Shown one piece after another: positions 9,843 to 19,377 of a stretch of 47,909 bases of DNA. Made by a program: the position numbers and the translations under genes. The stretch's first letter is position 1. Every line of letters begins with the position of its first letter. The notes under the pieces are model-generated. The model saw only the letters and a list, made by a program, of their open reading frames with translations. It had not been told where the DNA came from and ran no database searches. This DNA comes from an uncultured Chloroflexia bacterium (GTDB lineage: Bacteria > Chloroflexota > Limnocylindria > Limnocylindrales > CSP1-4). Where the stretch lies: NCBI GenBank assembly GCA_963752475.1, contig CAVVYR010000011.1:1-47909 (forward strand), written 5' to 3'.

Positions 9843-10574
9843 GTGGACCAGCCACGCGAGGAGATCTTGGCCGAGCTGCGCAAGATCGATACGCCCACCA
9901 TCACCAACGCCGTGGCCACGTATCCGGATGCGAAGACGTGCCTGGCCCTCTATGACCCGTGGGTCGAGGACTGGTACACGGACTCGTCGATCCGCTGCAT
10001 CTACCCGGAGCTCGGGCCCACGGTCGGACACGCGGTGACCGCCGTGTACGGTCTACCGGATACGGGTTCCCCGAGCGGGCTCACGTTCATGGACGTGATC
10101 GATGCGCTCGACGCGATGCCCAAGCCGACGATCCTCGTGATCCAGCAGGCCTTCCCGCCGGAGATCCGATCCAAGGTCGGCCTGGCCGGCGAGATCATGG
10201 TCACGTCGATGAAGGCCATCGGGTGCGTGGGCCTGCTCTCCGACGGCCCGTCGCGCGACGTCGACGCCATCCGCAAGCTCGACTTCCAGATGCTGCTCGG
10301 CGGCGTGACGGCCGGCCACGGCGACATGGCCGTGCAGGCAGTCAACGTCCCGGTCTCGGTCGCGGGGATGGATGTCACGCCCGGTGAGCTGGTCCACATG
10401 GACGAGAACGGGGCCGTGAAGTTCCCGGCCGACCGCGCAGCAGCCGTGCTCGACAACGCGCAGGCGGTCCTGGCCGACGAGGCTGAGCTCTTCCGCGCGC
10501 TCAAGAGGGCCAAGACCGCGGCCGAGGTCCGAGCCGCGACCGCGGCGCGTCCCTACGCCCAGCCCAAGCGGTAG
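9843..10574 (+). CDS. RraA / HMG-aldolase family protein
   Basis: DTPTITNA, GEIM, DGPSRDVD, PGELVHMDENG; SD GGAGAGG before the GTG at 9843. Confidence 0.88.
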   Translation: MDQPREEILAELRKIDTPTITNAVATYPDAKTCLALYDPWVEDWYTDSSIRCIYPELGPTVGHAVTAVYGLPDTGSPSGLTFMDVIDALDAMPKPTILVIQQAFPPEIRSKVGLAGEIMVTSMKAIGCVGLLSDGPSRDVDAIRKLDFQMLLGGVTAGHGDMAVQAVNVPVSVAGMDVTPGELVHMDENGAVKFPADRAAAVLDNAQAVLADEAELFRALKRAKTAAEVRAATAARPYAQPKR

Positions 10575-10661
10575 CCGTACACGCCGCGATCCAGGCGGAG
10601 GCCAAGGTGGCATCCCGGAGGCCAGGGTGGCATCGAGCGGTGGCCGGCGGCGCACTGGCGC

Positions 10662-10889
10662 ATGGCTATCCGTGGTTCCGGGGTCGTCGAGACACCGGCA
10701 CCGCACGTGCCTACCCCCGAGGAGACTGAACTCGACGACTTGGCGCGCCGACTGTCGCGTCTCATGCGTGACGAGGCTCAGACCGTCAGTCCCACCCCCG
10801 GGGAGGCTGGGATCGTGTACTCGAGCCGCGAGCGGGTCGACTCGAGCCCCGAGGAGGGTGATCGGAACGCGGGCTTCCGCCAGCACTGA
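10662..10889 (+). CDS. Small hypothetical protein
   Basis: 75-aa ORF filling the gap and followed by a hairpin; no family recognised. Confidence 0.4.
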   Translation: MAIRGSGVVETPAPHVPTPEETELDDLARRLSRLMRDEAQTVSPTPGEAGIVYSSRERVDSSPEEGDRNAGFRQH

Positions 10890-10892
10890 CGT

Positions 10893-10919
10893 CCCACTGA
10901 CCCCGGAAACTCCAGTGGG
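10893..10919. terminator. Stem-loop between convergent genes
   Basis: CCCACTG-N13-CAGTGGG. Confidence 0.5.
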
Positions 10920-10930
10920 GGCTCAGGCGG

Positions 10931-11902
10931 TCACTCCAATTCGTCGGTCGCCGCGGTCGGCAGCGGCAGTGGCTGGGGTGCCTCGTCAGAGCCACTGGTC
11001 TCGGTGATGGCACCCAGGTCGAAGATCAGCCCCTGGTCGGACGGCACGAGCATCAGCTGCACGTTGTCCGCTAGCTCCTGGATGTAGGTCCACTGCAGGA
11101 GCTGGTCGGTCAGCGACTGACTGATGAGGTCGTTCGCCTGCGCCTCACCTGCGGCCCGCGTGACGCGAGCATCTCGACTGCCCTCGGCCAGGCGCACGTC
11201 GCGGTCGGCCTCGAAGTTGGCTCGGGCCAGGTCCTGCTCGGCGATCTGCTTGGCCTCCACCGACTGCAGGAACTGATCGTTGAGGCGGATGTTCTCGACC
11301 GACACGCGCTCGACGATGATGTTGAATTCCTCCATCCGCTCGCGCAGGTTCGCCAGCGTCCGCTGGCCGATCTCGTCTCGGTTGCTGATGACGTTGAAGG
11401 CGTCGTACTCGGGCGTGATCTCCTTGAGTGCCGTGTTCGAGGGCCGCAGGAAGACCTTCTGAGCGTAGTCACCGGGCTGGCCGACCTCCTGGAGGATGCG
11501 GTCCGCTTTGGCGCTGTCGATGCGGAAGTTGATGAGACCGGAGAGCTGCACCGACTGAAGATCGCGAGTGACGCTGTCGATGTCCTCGAAGTTGTAGGCC
11601 TGGACTCTGCCGTCGAAGACCGTGATGCCATCGATCGCGGGGATGATCCAGTGCAGGCCGGGAAGGAGCGTGCCCTCCTGGACGGCACCGAAGCGTGTCT
11701 TCACGCCGACCTGGCCCGCGCCGATCTCACGCCAGCCGAAGCCGACGACGATGAGCGCCAGTCCGCCGAGCATGAGCGCGCCGGTGGCGACGCCCTTGGC
11801 GATCGAGAAGTCACTGCCGTAATCCGAGAACGACTGAGCGATGATGACGCCGCCGGCCACGATGAGCGCGACGCCGATGGCGATGAAGACGATAAGCAGC
11901 AC
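10931..11902 (-). CDS. SPFH/Band 7 (prohibitin-like) membrane protein
   Basis: Two N-terminal TM helices, GQVGVKTRFG, PGLHWIIP, TRDLQ, EAKQIAEQ coiled coil; SD AAGGGA before the GTG at 11902. Confidence 0.9.
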   Translation of the reverse strand: MLLIVFIAIGVALIVAGGVIIAQSFSDYGSDFSIAKGVATGALMLGGLALIVVGFGWREIGAGQVGVKTRFGAVQEGTLLPGLHWIIPAIDGITVFDGRVQAYNFEDIDSVTRDLQSVQLSGLINFRIDSAKADRILQEVGQPGDYAQKVFLRPSNTALKEITPEYDAFNVISNRDEIGQRTLANLRERMEEFNIIVERVSVENIRLNDQFLQSVEAKQIAEQDLARANFEADRDVRLAEGSRDARVTRAAGEAQANDLISQSLTDQLLQWTYIQELADNVQLMLVPSDQGLIFDLGAITETSGSDEAPQPLPLPTAATDELE

Positions 11903-12083
11903 GGATGTGTCCCTTTCGACGCACCACTCGGGACGGGTGCGTACCTCTCCATGCTGCACTGAAACCGCAGAATCGGCTCTGGCCGGCACCTTGGGAAGGC
12001 CCCGATATCGCCTTTGCCATCGAACCGTCTACCATTCGCACATCAGCCCGCGGTGTCCAAGCATGAGCGAATGGGAGTAGACG

Positions 12084-12479
12084 ATGAACCTTTCCGGCTA
12101 CTCCAAGATGCTCGGTGAGGGGCCCGACGCGAGCCCTGCCGCCAAGCTCATCGAGCGCACACGGACCTACCTCGAGGAGGCACAGCTCAAGGACAAGTCC
12201 GCCTACTTCGATGAGGAGAACATGGTGGTGTACGCCACGACCGTGTTCGGCGTGTTCGTCGTCTCGATCGACGAGACCCAACGGTATGGGGGCCAGCTGA
12301 CGCCGTGGCAGGACATCTCGGGGTGTTCCTTGCGGATCACGACCACGCCCGCGAGCGCCCGCATCGCGACGGTGACGATCGAAAGCCTGAATGCCACGTT
12401 GGCGGAGCCAGTGGGCGAAGCTGCCGCTCCGCTGCTGGGCTTCTTCCGTGAGTGCGTCAAGCGCTCGAGACCCTGGTGA
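12084..12479 (+). CDS. Hypothetical protein, possibly PH-like fold
   Basis: SD GGGAG; beta-rich pattern with PWQDI and a terminal helix; the fold is a guess. Confidence 0.65.
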   Translation: MNLSGYSKMLGEGPDASPAAKLIERTRTYLEEAQLKDKSAYFDEENMVVYATTVFGVFVVSIDETQRYGGQLTPWQDISGCSLRITTTPASARIATVTIESLNATLAEPVGEAAAPLLGFFRECVKRSRPW

Positions 12480-12518
12480 GCCCCGAGGCACACCAGTAAG
12501 ACCGTAGTCTGAGTATGG

Positions 12519-12534
12519 TAGTATGGCCATACTA
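12519..12534. promoter_or_regulatory. Putative TA operator palindrome
   Basis: Perfect 16-bp palindrome TAGTATGGCCATACTA, containing a -10-like TAGTAT and touching the antitoxin ATG. Confidence 0.7.
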
Positions 12535-12815
12535 TGGCGACCGTCAAGATGACCTTCACTTTGGACGAGCCCACAGCCGTCCGGCTGAATGAGGCTTCGG
12601 CCTTGCTCAGCAAGCCCAAGAGTGAGGTGGTGCGGGAGGCCATCCGCGACTACGCCGAGCGCATGGGCCGCCTTTCAGAGGCCGAGCGTATCCGCATGCT
12701 CGGTGTCTTCGACGACGTCGTCACTGCCATCCCCGAAAGACCCCAAGCGGAGGTCGAGGAGGAGCTGGCGGCGGTCCGGGTCGCGCGGCGGGAGGGCAGC
12801 GGTCGGCGGCCGTGA
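12534..12815 (+). CDS. vapB: RHH antitoxin
   Basis: KMTFTLDE...KPKSEVVREAIRDY; GTGA overlap with the PIN gene. Confidence 0.85.
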   Translation: MATVKMTFTLDEPTAVRLNEASALLSKPKSEVVREAIRDYAERMGRLSEAERIRMLGVFDDVVTAIPERPQAEVEEELAAVRVARREGSGRRP

Positions 12816-13192
12816 TCGTCGTCGACACGTCCGCACTCATAGACAGTCTGGCCGGACCACGCTGGTCAGCGTCGCGCATGCGTGCCTTCATCGAGGCCGG
12901 CGAGCGCTTGGCCCTCCCGACGCTCGTGCTCTACGAGTGGTGGCGAGGCCCTCGCCGTCCGGAGGAGCTGGCAGCCCAGCAAGCGCTGTTCCCGGAGGCG
13001 GCGGCCCTGCCGTTCGCCATCGAGCAGGCCGAGATCGCCGCCCGTCTCTTTCGGCAAGTCCCTCGAGCTCGCGCCCGCAGCGTCGATCTGGCCATCGCCG
13101 CCCACGCTCTCAGTCGCGACGCAGACCTCTGGACTCTCAACCCGAAGGACTTCGCGGACATCCCCGACCTGCGGCTCGTCGACCCGACCTGA
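12812..13192 (+). CDS. vapC: VapC PIN toxin
   Basis: IVVDTSALID, VLYEW, DLAIAAHA, LWTLNPKDF. Confidence 0.9.
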   Translation: MIVVDTSALIDSLAGPRWSASRMRAFIEAGERLALPTLVLYEWWRGPRRPEELAAQQALFPEAAALPFAIEQAEIAARLFRQVPRARARSVDLAIAAHALSRDADLWTLNPKDFADIPDLRLVDPT

Positions 13193-13206
13193 GACGGCCG
13201 TCCTCG

Positions 13207-13554
13207 CTACAGCGAGAGGTGCAGACGGAGCGCCTCGTCGAGTTGCGCCATCAGGGGACCGGGCACGATCCCGAGCTTCGAGCCCACGCGCCGAACGGAG
13301 ACGGACCGAACCTGCTCCGCCTGCGCCTTCGAGTCGCGGTCAAGCCCTGTCAGCGCCGCTGGCAGCCGCACCTGGAACGGATACACCCGCTCCGCTTGCG
13401 AGGTGATCGGCACCACCGCCACGACCCCTCGCCCCAGCCGTGCGGCGGTCAGGTTGGCCCCGTCATTGCTCACGATGACGGCCGGTCGACGCTTGCTCGC
13501 CTCCGACCCGATGGCCGGCTCGAGGTCGACGAGGTAGATGTCACCCCGTTGCAT
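13207..13554 (-). CDS. mazF: MazF/PemK endoribonuclease toxin
   Basis: RGDIYLVDLEP.IGSE..KRRPAVIVSND, VVPITS, SKAQAEQVRSV. Confidence 0.93.
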   Translation of the reverse strand: MQRGDIYLVDLEPAIGSEASKRRPAVIVSNDGANLTAARLGRGVVAVVPITSQAERVYPFQVRLPAALTGLDRDSKAQAEQVRSVSVRRVGSKLGIVPGPLMAQLDEALRLHLSL

Positions 13555-13557
13555 CGG

Positions 13558-13776
13558 TCAGCGAAGCCCATCGCCGGAGACGCGTTCCCACGCCTCAGCC
13601 TCGTCGGACTCGGCCCACTCCTCCCAGGCGCTCTCGTACTCCGCCCCGAGCTCGCTCGCCCGTAGGAGGCGCACCGCCCTTTGCAACGCCGCGGAGCGCG
13701 AGCCCAGACGCCGTTGGCGCGCGTAGGTGTCCAGGTACTCCACGTCCTTGTCCGAGAGGCTCACGCTGACCTTCAT
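13558..13776 (-). CDS. mazE: RHH antitoxin, MazE9-like
   Basis: MKVSVSLS..DVEYLD...SRSAALQRAV...Y..AWEEW; directly upstream of mazF; TAGTAT-N6-ATG. Confidence 0.88.
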   Translation of the reverse strand: MKVSVSLSDKDVEYLDTYARQRRLGSRSAALQRAVRLLRASELGAEYESAWEEWAESDEAEAWERVSGDGLR

Positions 13777-13782
13777 GTGGTG

Positions 13783-13809
13783 ATACTACTCTGGGTACTA
13801 CTCGAGTAG
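13783..13809. promoter_or_regulatory. mazEF promoter/operator
   Basis: Palindrome CTACTCGAGTAG (13798-13809) and direct repeat TACTACTC overlapping the -10 box. Confidence 0.6.
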
Positions 13810-13873
13810 CAACAGATAGGCGACCGGTGCGGCGGGCGTGGCACGAAGGTAGCGACGGTGGCTTCGCTCGCAC

Positions 13874-15598
13874 TTACCTCGCGCTTCGCAGTCGTTCGGC
13901 CAGGCCCTCCGGTGCCACCGCCACGACATGCGTCGTCGCTCGCGTCAGGCCCACGTAGAGCAGCTCGTCGAGGCGCCCCGCGTCCTCGGGCAGCTCGCAC
14001 AGCACGATGACCTCGCGCTCGAGCCCCTTGAAGCGGCGGACCGTCTCGAAGAGCACGACATCGGCCGGCTCGTCGGGCACGTGCTCGGGCGGCAGCCCTT
14101 TCGAGCGCCCCTCGTCATCGAAGGCCTCGTTCCAGAGCACAGCGTTCCCGAACCGTCGAGCCTGCCAGACCCCGCTCCTCGTCGGCGACGCGCCCGACAG
14201 CACCGCGATCCGGAACTCGGGAACCTGCTCCTCGACGATCAGCCGATGCAGCGTCTTCCGGACCGCCTCGACCGTCTCCGCTCCGGGTGCCGCGGTCACG
14301 ACCTCGGCCGGCAGGCCCTCCTCGCGGAAGACCTCGATCCGGGCGTCGTCATCCCGGAAGCGCGAGGCCAGCCGTGCCACCCCCGGTGGGTTGCGATGAT
14401 CCTCGAACAGCTCCAGCCGCTCGAGGTTCAGCTGCCCCACGACATCGGGCCGGAACAGCGCCTGTGCCGGATCGTGGAAGACCCAGAACACGCCGTCATC
14501 CTGGTCGCGCAACAGCAGCTGCAACGACTCCAGCCAGCCCAGCGCGAAGTCCTGCCCCTCGTCGACGATGACCGCGTGGAAGCGCTCCTCGTCGTCGGTC
14601 GAGATGGCCGCGTCGAGCGCATCGGGCAGGGCCTGGTCCCACCACTCCCGTGGGATCGGCTCGGGCCGCGCGGGCAGCGTCTCCGTCGCCTCGCCCAGCA
14701 GCTCGCACAGCCGATGGAAGGTCGTCACCACCAGCCCAGCCGGCGCCCTGGCATCCGCGAGGTCCCGTTGCATCGTCGTGGCCAGCCGCTGGTTGAAGCA
14801 GACCAGCAGCGTCCGATAGCCCTCCGCCGCCAGCCGCCGCGCACGCTCCGCCGCGAGCATCGACTTGCCCGAGCCCGCCGGCCCCACGACTTCCACCTGT
14901 CGCAGCGACCGCCATCGATCGAGGATCCGCGACTGCGTCTTCGAGGCTTCGACCAGTGCCGCCCGGTCGTCCTCGATCCGTCCGCGCACCAGCCGATGCA
15001 GGGACACGGTCGGTCGCAGCAGCTCATCGACGAGGTCCGCGCCCTCCTCGCCCAGCGGCCGATAGCGACCGCTACCGTCGCCCTGCCAGTACTCGAAGGC
15101 GTGGTCGAGCCAGCGCTGGATGCCGTCGGTCGTCTCGAGCGTGTGGGCATCGAGCACCAGGTCGGTCGGCGCATCGGCCCCCAGCCCGAACAGCGAGTGC
15201 CCCCGTGGCAGCGACTCAAGATCGACATCGGGCAAGGCCACCGCGTGCCCAGCGAGCGGGTCGACATGCGCCGGCCAATCGGGCAGGTCCACGAGCTTGG
15301 CGCGCAGGAAGTGCTTCGTCGTCTTGGCCTGTTCGAAGGGCGACTCCTTCAGCTCGATCGGCCCCAGGTGCCAGTGGCCGTCGTGGTCGATGCGCGGCTC
15401 GCCCGACTTGACCTCCAGCACCAGCAGCCCGTGTTCGGGATGGGTGATGACCGCGTCTGCCTCACCGTCGCGCGCCGGCCCGTAGTCGCGCACCGGGCCG
15501 GTCCAGTTGACGTTGACGTAGAGCCGGTACTCCGGACTCGGCAGCGCCGCCCGCAGCCGCTCCTCGACCAGTCGCTCGGCGTCCTCGCCTCGGCTCAT
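13874..15598 (-). CDS. NERD nuclease fused to an SF1 (UvrD-like) helicase/ATPase
   Basis: GEADAVI...LEVKSG (NERD); GPAGSGKS; VDEGQD; RFKGLE; LYVGLTRA; TATCAT-N7-ATG at 15598. Confidence 0.9.
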   Translation of the reverse strand: MSRGEDAERLVEERLRAALPSPEYRLYVNVNWTGPVRDYGPARDGEADAVITHPEHGLLVLEVKSGEPRIDHDGHWHLGPIELKESPFEQAKTTKHFLRAKLVDLPDWPAHVDPLAGHAVALPDVDLESLPRGHSLFGLGADAPTDLVLDAHTLETTDGIQRWLDHAFEYWQGDGSGRYRPLGEEGADLVDELLRPTVSLHRLVRGRIEDDRAALVEASKTQSRILDRWRSLRQVEVVGPAGSGKSMLAAERARRLAAEGYRTLLVCFNQRLATTMQRDLADARAPAGLVVTTFHRLCELLGEATETLPARPEPIPREWWDQALPDALDAAISTDDEERFHAVIVDEGQDFALGWLESLQLLLRDQDDGVFWVFHDPAQALFRPDVVGQLNLERLELFEDHRNPPGVARLASRFRDDDARIEVFREEGLPAEVVTAAPGAETVEAVRKTLHRLIVEEQVPEFRIAVLSGASPTRSGVWQARRFGNAVLWNEAFDDEGRSKGLPPEHVPDEPADVVLFETVRRFKGLEREVIVLCELPEDAGRLDELLYVGLTRATTHVVAVAPEGLAERLRSAR

Positions 15599-15619
15599 GC
15601 CTTTGATGATAGGTCCGAG

Positions 15620-15655
15620 ATGCTCCGCTCTCTCGACGCCATCCATGTCGCCACC
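15620..15655 (+). pseudogene. Possible vapC remnant
   Basis: Intergenic DNA reads MLRSLDAIHVAT, matching the VapC LRSLDAIHxAxA motif. Confidence 0.4.
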
Positions 15656-15712
15656 GGCAACCGAGACCGCCAACCAGTTCGCGGGCTGACATCCAGCCCC
15701 GACCGCTCCGTA

Positions 15713-16312
15713 CTACCAGCCGTTGCGGTGGAGTTGTTCCTCCAGGGGTCGGCGGCGGCTCTTGCTGAACGAGCTGGGCGGCTGCTCCCCATCGGATCGA
15801 TAGCCAAGCGCCACGACACCGACCTGCCTCCGATCGGCCGGCACGCCGAACCGCTCCCGCACCGCGTCCTCGCCGAACGAGAGCCCGAAGAACCAGGTGT
15901 CGATCCCGGCGTTCACCGCCGCCAGCTGCAGCTGCATCGCGGCCATGCCTGCATCGATGTCCCAGAACTTGACCGGCCATGCCGTCTCATCGTCGAGGCC
16001 GAACTCGATCTTGTCCCCGGCCGAGTAGCGCTCGATGTATCGCCGTGGGTCGGACCACACGAGCACCATCACCGGCGGTCGTGCCGCCTTCTCGTCATCG
16101 CCTTCGGGATACTGCGGATCGTCGATCAACGCGTGGAACTCCTCGAGCGCATCGGGCTCGTCGAGCACGAGGAAGTCGACCCCCTGGCTGAACCCCGCGG
16201 TCGGCGCCCGCCGCGCCTGGTCGATGACCCGGTCGATCACCGCCCGGTCGGGCCGCTGTTCTCTGAACCGCCGCACGCTGCGGCGCCGCTTGATGACGTC
16301 GTCGAAGTCCAT
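15713..16312 (-). CDS. Nitroreductase family protein
   Basis: RRRSVRRF, APTAGFSQ, DAGMAAM, VALGY; TAGGGT-N6-ATG. Confidence 0.92.
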   Translation of the reverse strand: MDFDDVIKRRRSVRRFREQRPDRAVIDRVIDQARRAPTAGFSQGVDFLVLDEPDALEEFHALIDDPQYPEGDDEKAARPPVMVLVWSDPRRYIERYSAGDKIEFGLDDETAWPVKFWDIDAGMAAMQLQLAAVNAGIDTWFFGLSFGEDAVRERFGVPADRRQVGVVALGYRSDGEQPPSSFSKSRRRPLEEQLHRNGW

Positions 16313-16370
16313 CGGCCGACCCTAGCAGGGCATTGCCCTCCGCCGCCGGGTGGTGCATCCTGTCAACGCC

Positions 16371-16625
16371 ATGGACCGGCCCGTGCAGATCGAACTCGCT
16401 CAGGACCAGCGGCGACGCGCCAGACGACGAGCCGCCGAACAGGGCCTCACGCTCTCCGACTACATCGCCGGCCTCATCGACGCCGACCTCGAGACATGGA
16501 TCCCGACGCCGAACGCGCCCGCGATCATCCCCATCGAGGTCGACCTGCCCACCGACCACGAGGGCACCTACATCGGGGAGGCCGTCGCGGCCCGCATGAA
16601 CAAGCCGCCCGCCTCCGATACGTAG
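16371..16625 (+). CDS. Small RHH-like DNA-binding protein (orphan antitoxin-like)
   Basis: VQIEL...ARRRAAEQGLTLSDYIAGLIDADL. Confidence 0.65.
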   Translation: MDRPVQIELAQDQRRRARRRAAEQGLTLSDYIAGLIDADLETWIPTPNAPAIIPIEVDLPTDHEGTYIGEAVAARMNKPPASDT

Positions 16626-16665
16626 GGCCCGCGGCTCGTATCCCACCGACCCGCAGACACGACAA

Positions 16666-16690
16666 GGCCCGGGCGTTCGTGGCCCGGGCC
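16666..16690. terminator. Intrinsic terminator-like hairpin between convergent genes
   Basis: GGCCCGGGC-N7-GCCCGGGCC. Confidence 0.65.
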
Positions 16691-16725
16691 GTGCTCGTGA
16701 AGGTTCGAGACGAGAGCGGGATCGG

Positions 16726-17511
<786 letters not shown>

Positions 17512-17738
17512 CCCGCTCTCCTCGCGCTAACAGGCAGACGACCGGCGCCGGTGCCGGACCGTCGAAATGAGTACACCGCTGCTCCGCCTTGCCCGCCACG
17601 CACCCGAAGGTCCGCCCCCCGGTGGGCCGTGTGGGGCTTCCGTGCACCATGCCGTCCCGCCACGCGTGTCAAACTTGTACCCCCCAAGAGCCACCGCATG
17701 CGCACCTGCCCCTGCCCGCGCTCCCGAAAGGAGCATCG

Positions 17739-18506
17739 ATGACCGCCAAGTCCACCGCCAAGACGACCAAGCCGAAGGCATCGGCGAAGACCAAGTCCGC
17801 GGCGAAGCCGAAGGCTGCCCCTGCCGCGAAGGCGAAGCCCGCTGCCAAGTCTGTGGCCCCGAAGGCGAAGTCCGCGGCCGAGTCGGCCCCCAAGCCGAAG
17901 GCGGCAACGAAGAAGGCGGCAACGAAGAAGACGTCGAAGTCGGCAGGCGCGGCTGATGCGATGACCGCGGTCAAGCCGCTCATCCGTGTGCGCCAGGCGC
18001 GCGAGTTCACCGGCAGGAAGGTGACCAAGGCGGAGCTCGAGGCGATCACCGAGGTCGCGCGCTGGTCTGGCAGCAGCCGCAACGAGCAGTCCTGTCGGTT
18101 CATCGCGATCCGTGATCGGGAGCTGATCGGGCGCATCGCTGACATGGCCCTGCCGCAGACGCGCGGCCTGCGATCCGCGACCGCGGCCGTGGCCGTCGTA
18201 GAGCCGGATGAGCCCGAGCGCGCCAACTCGCGCTCCTTCGACGACGGCCGTGCTGCGGAGCGCATGCTCATCGCCGCGCACATGCTGGGCCTTGGCGGCG
18301 GCATCTCGCGTGTGCGGCCGGACGTGCGCGCCGGCATCAACTCGGCCCTGCGACTGCCGTCGAACCGCTCGGTGCGGACGATCGTGGCGTTCGGGCACCC
18401 GACCGATGACGCGCTCAAACCGCAGGCGGCTCCGGGCAGGGCTCGCCTGCCGCGCGAAGAGGTCATCTACGAGGAGTGCTGGCCCGACCCGCCGCTCAAG
18501 GACTGA
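17739..18506 (+). CDS. Nitroreductase with histone-H1-like Lys/Ala/Pro N-terminal extension
   Basis: SD AAGGAG; ~70-aa AKPKA repeats; VRQAREF, SGSSRNEQ, FDDGRAAERM, AFGHP. Confidence 0.85.
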   Translation: MTAKSTAKTTKPKASAKTKSAAKPKAAPAAKAKPAAKSVAPKAKSAAESAPKPKAATKKAATKKTSKSAGAADAMTAVKPLIRVRQAREFTGRKVTKAELEAITEVARWSGSSRNEQSCRFIAIRDRELIGRIADMALPQTRGLRSATAAVAVVEPDEPERANSRSFDDGRAAERMLIAAHMLGLGGGISRVRPDVRAGINSALRLPSNRSVRTIVAFGHPTDDALKPQAAPGRARLPREEVIYEECWPDPPLKD

Positions 18507-18508
18507 GC

Positions 18509-18805
18509 GTGCCCCGATCCGAGCAGGGCGGCGAGACCGCGACCCTCGTCATCAACTCCGACTCGTCGTTCTGCAGTGCCTGCGGTGGTGGCGCTAACCT
18601 GGATGAGGACGCCCACCTCACCATCCTCGCGCGTGAGGTCGCCGGCGGGTACATCGAAGTGCCCGAGGGGCAGCGCGCCGGCTGTGGCGCCACCTTCGTC
18701 GCGAGTGCCACCGAGTCGTTCATGCCCGCTATCGCCGAGCTCATCCGCCAAGCGCGCCCCGACCTACCGTTCATGGGCGTCTACGGCGTCGAGGGCCGCG
18801 CCTGA
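18509..18805 (+). CDS. Small hypothetical protein, possible metal-binding (CxxC...H...C)
   Basis: GTG lies 2 nt after the preceding stop; CSAC and GCGA motifs. Confidence 0.6.
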   Translation: MPRSEQGGETATLVINSDSSFCSACGGGANLDEDAHLTILAREVAGGYIEVPEGQRAGCGATFVASATESFMPAIAELIRQARPDLPFMGVYGVEGRA

Positions 18806-19200
18806 CTCCAGCAGCGAGTGGCCCTGCAGCAGCCCGTGGCTCCGGCAGCGCTTTGCTCCGCGGCCGTTGCCGCCACTCGTTGCCGCCTCGCCAGGCTCTA
18901 CCTTCCAGTTCTCTTGGTCTCAACGAGGATCGTCAAGCCGGAGGTGGTCGCGGGGTCGACGGGGATGGCCACGGGCAGCGGTCGACGGGAATGGCCGGGT
19001 TCTTGTCCCGATGTCACCTGGGGCGGCCTTGGGCCCACTACTCGGACAAGGCCGCTCTCCGAACGCGCCGCGGACGGACTCTCCTATGCCCAGCACCTGA
19101 CCAGCTCAGTCGTCGGTGGGAATAGCGCTGGTCGGGCGAGGGGCGTTGGGCCGGCGTGGTCGCTCCGGGTTTCGGGCCTAAGGCCGTCGGGCGTGACATT

Positions 19201-19285
19201 CGTCCAGAAACGCGGCGCGCCAGATTTGCGGCGCGTCTAGGCACGCGGTGCGTCCAGAAACGCGGCGCGCCAGATTTGCGGCGCG
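19201..19285. repeat. Tandem array of 16-17-bp units (35-bp exact direct repeat x2)
   Basis: CCAGA(AAC/TTT)GCGGCGCG at 19204, 19220, 19254 and 19270, plus a degenerate copy at 19237. Confidence 0.9.
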
Positions 19286-19377
19286 CCGTTGACGTGGTGC
19301 GGCCGCGCCACCACCGTCCCCAGCCACGTCACGCCGCCGCTCACGCCGCCGCGCGAGTGCCGGCCGGTGCTACGGCG

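Noticed and set aside
19201-19285. Possible CRISPR array
   Set aside because: Only two 35-bp copies, the 15-bp gap is itself a degenerate unit, and there are no cas genes
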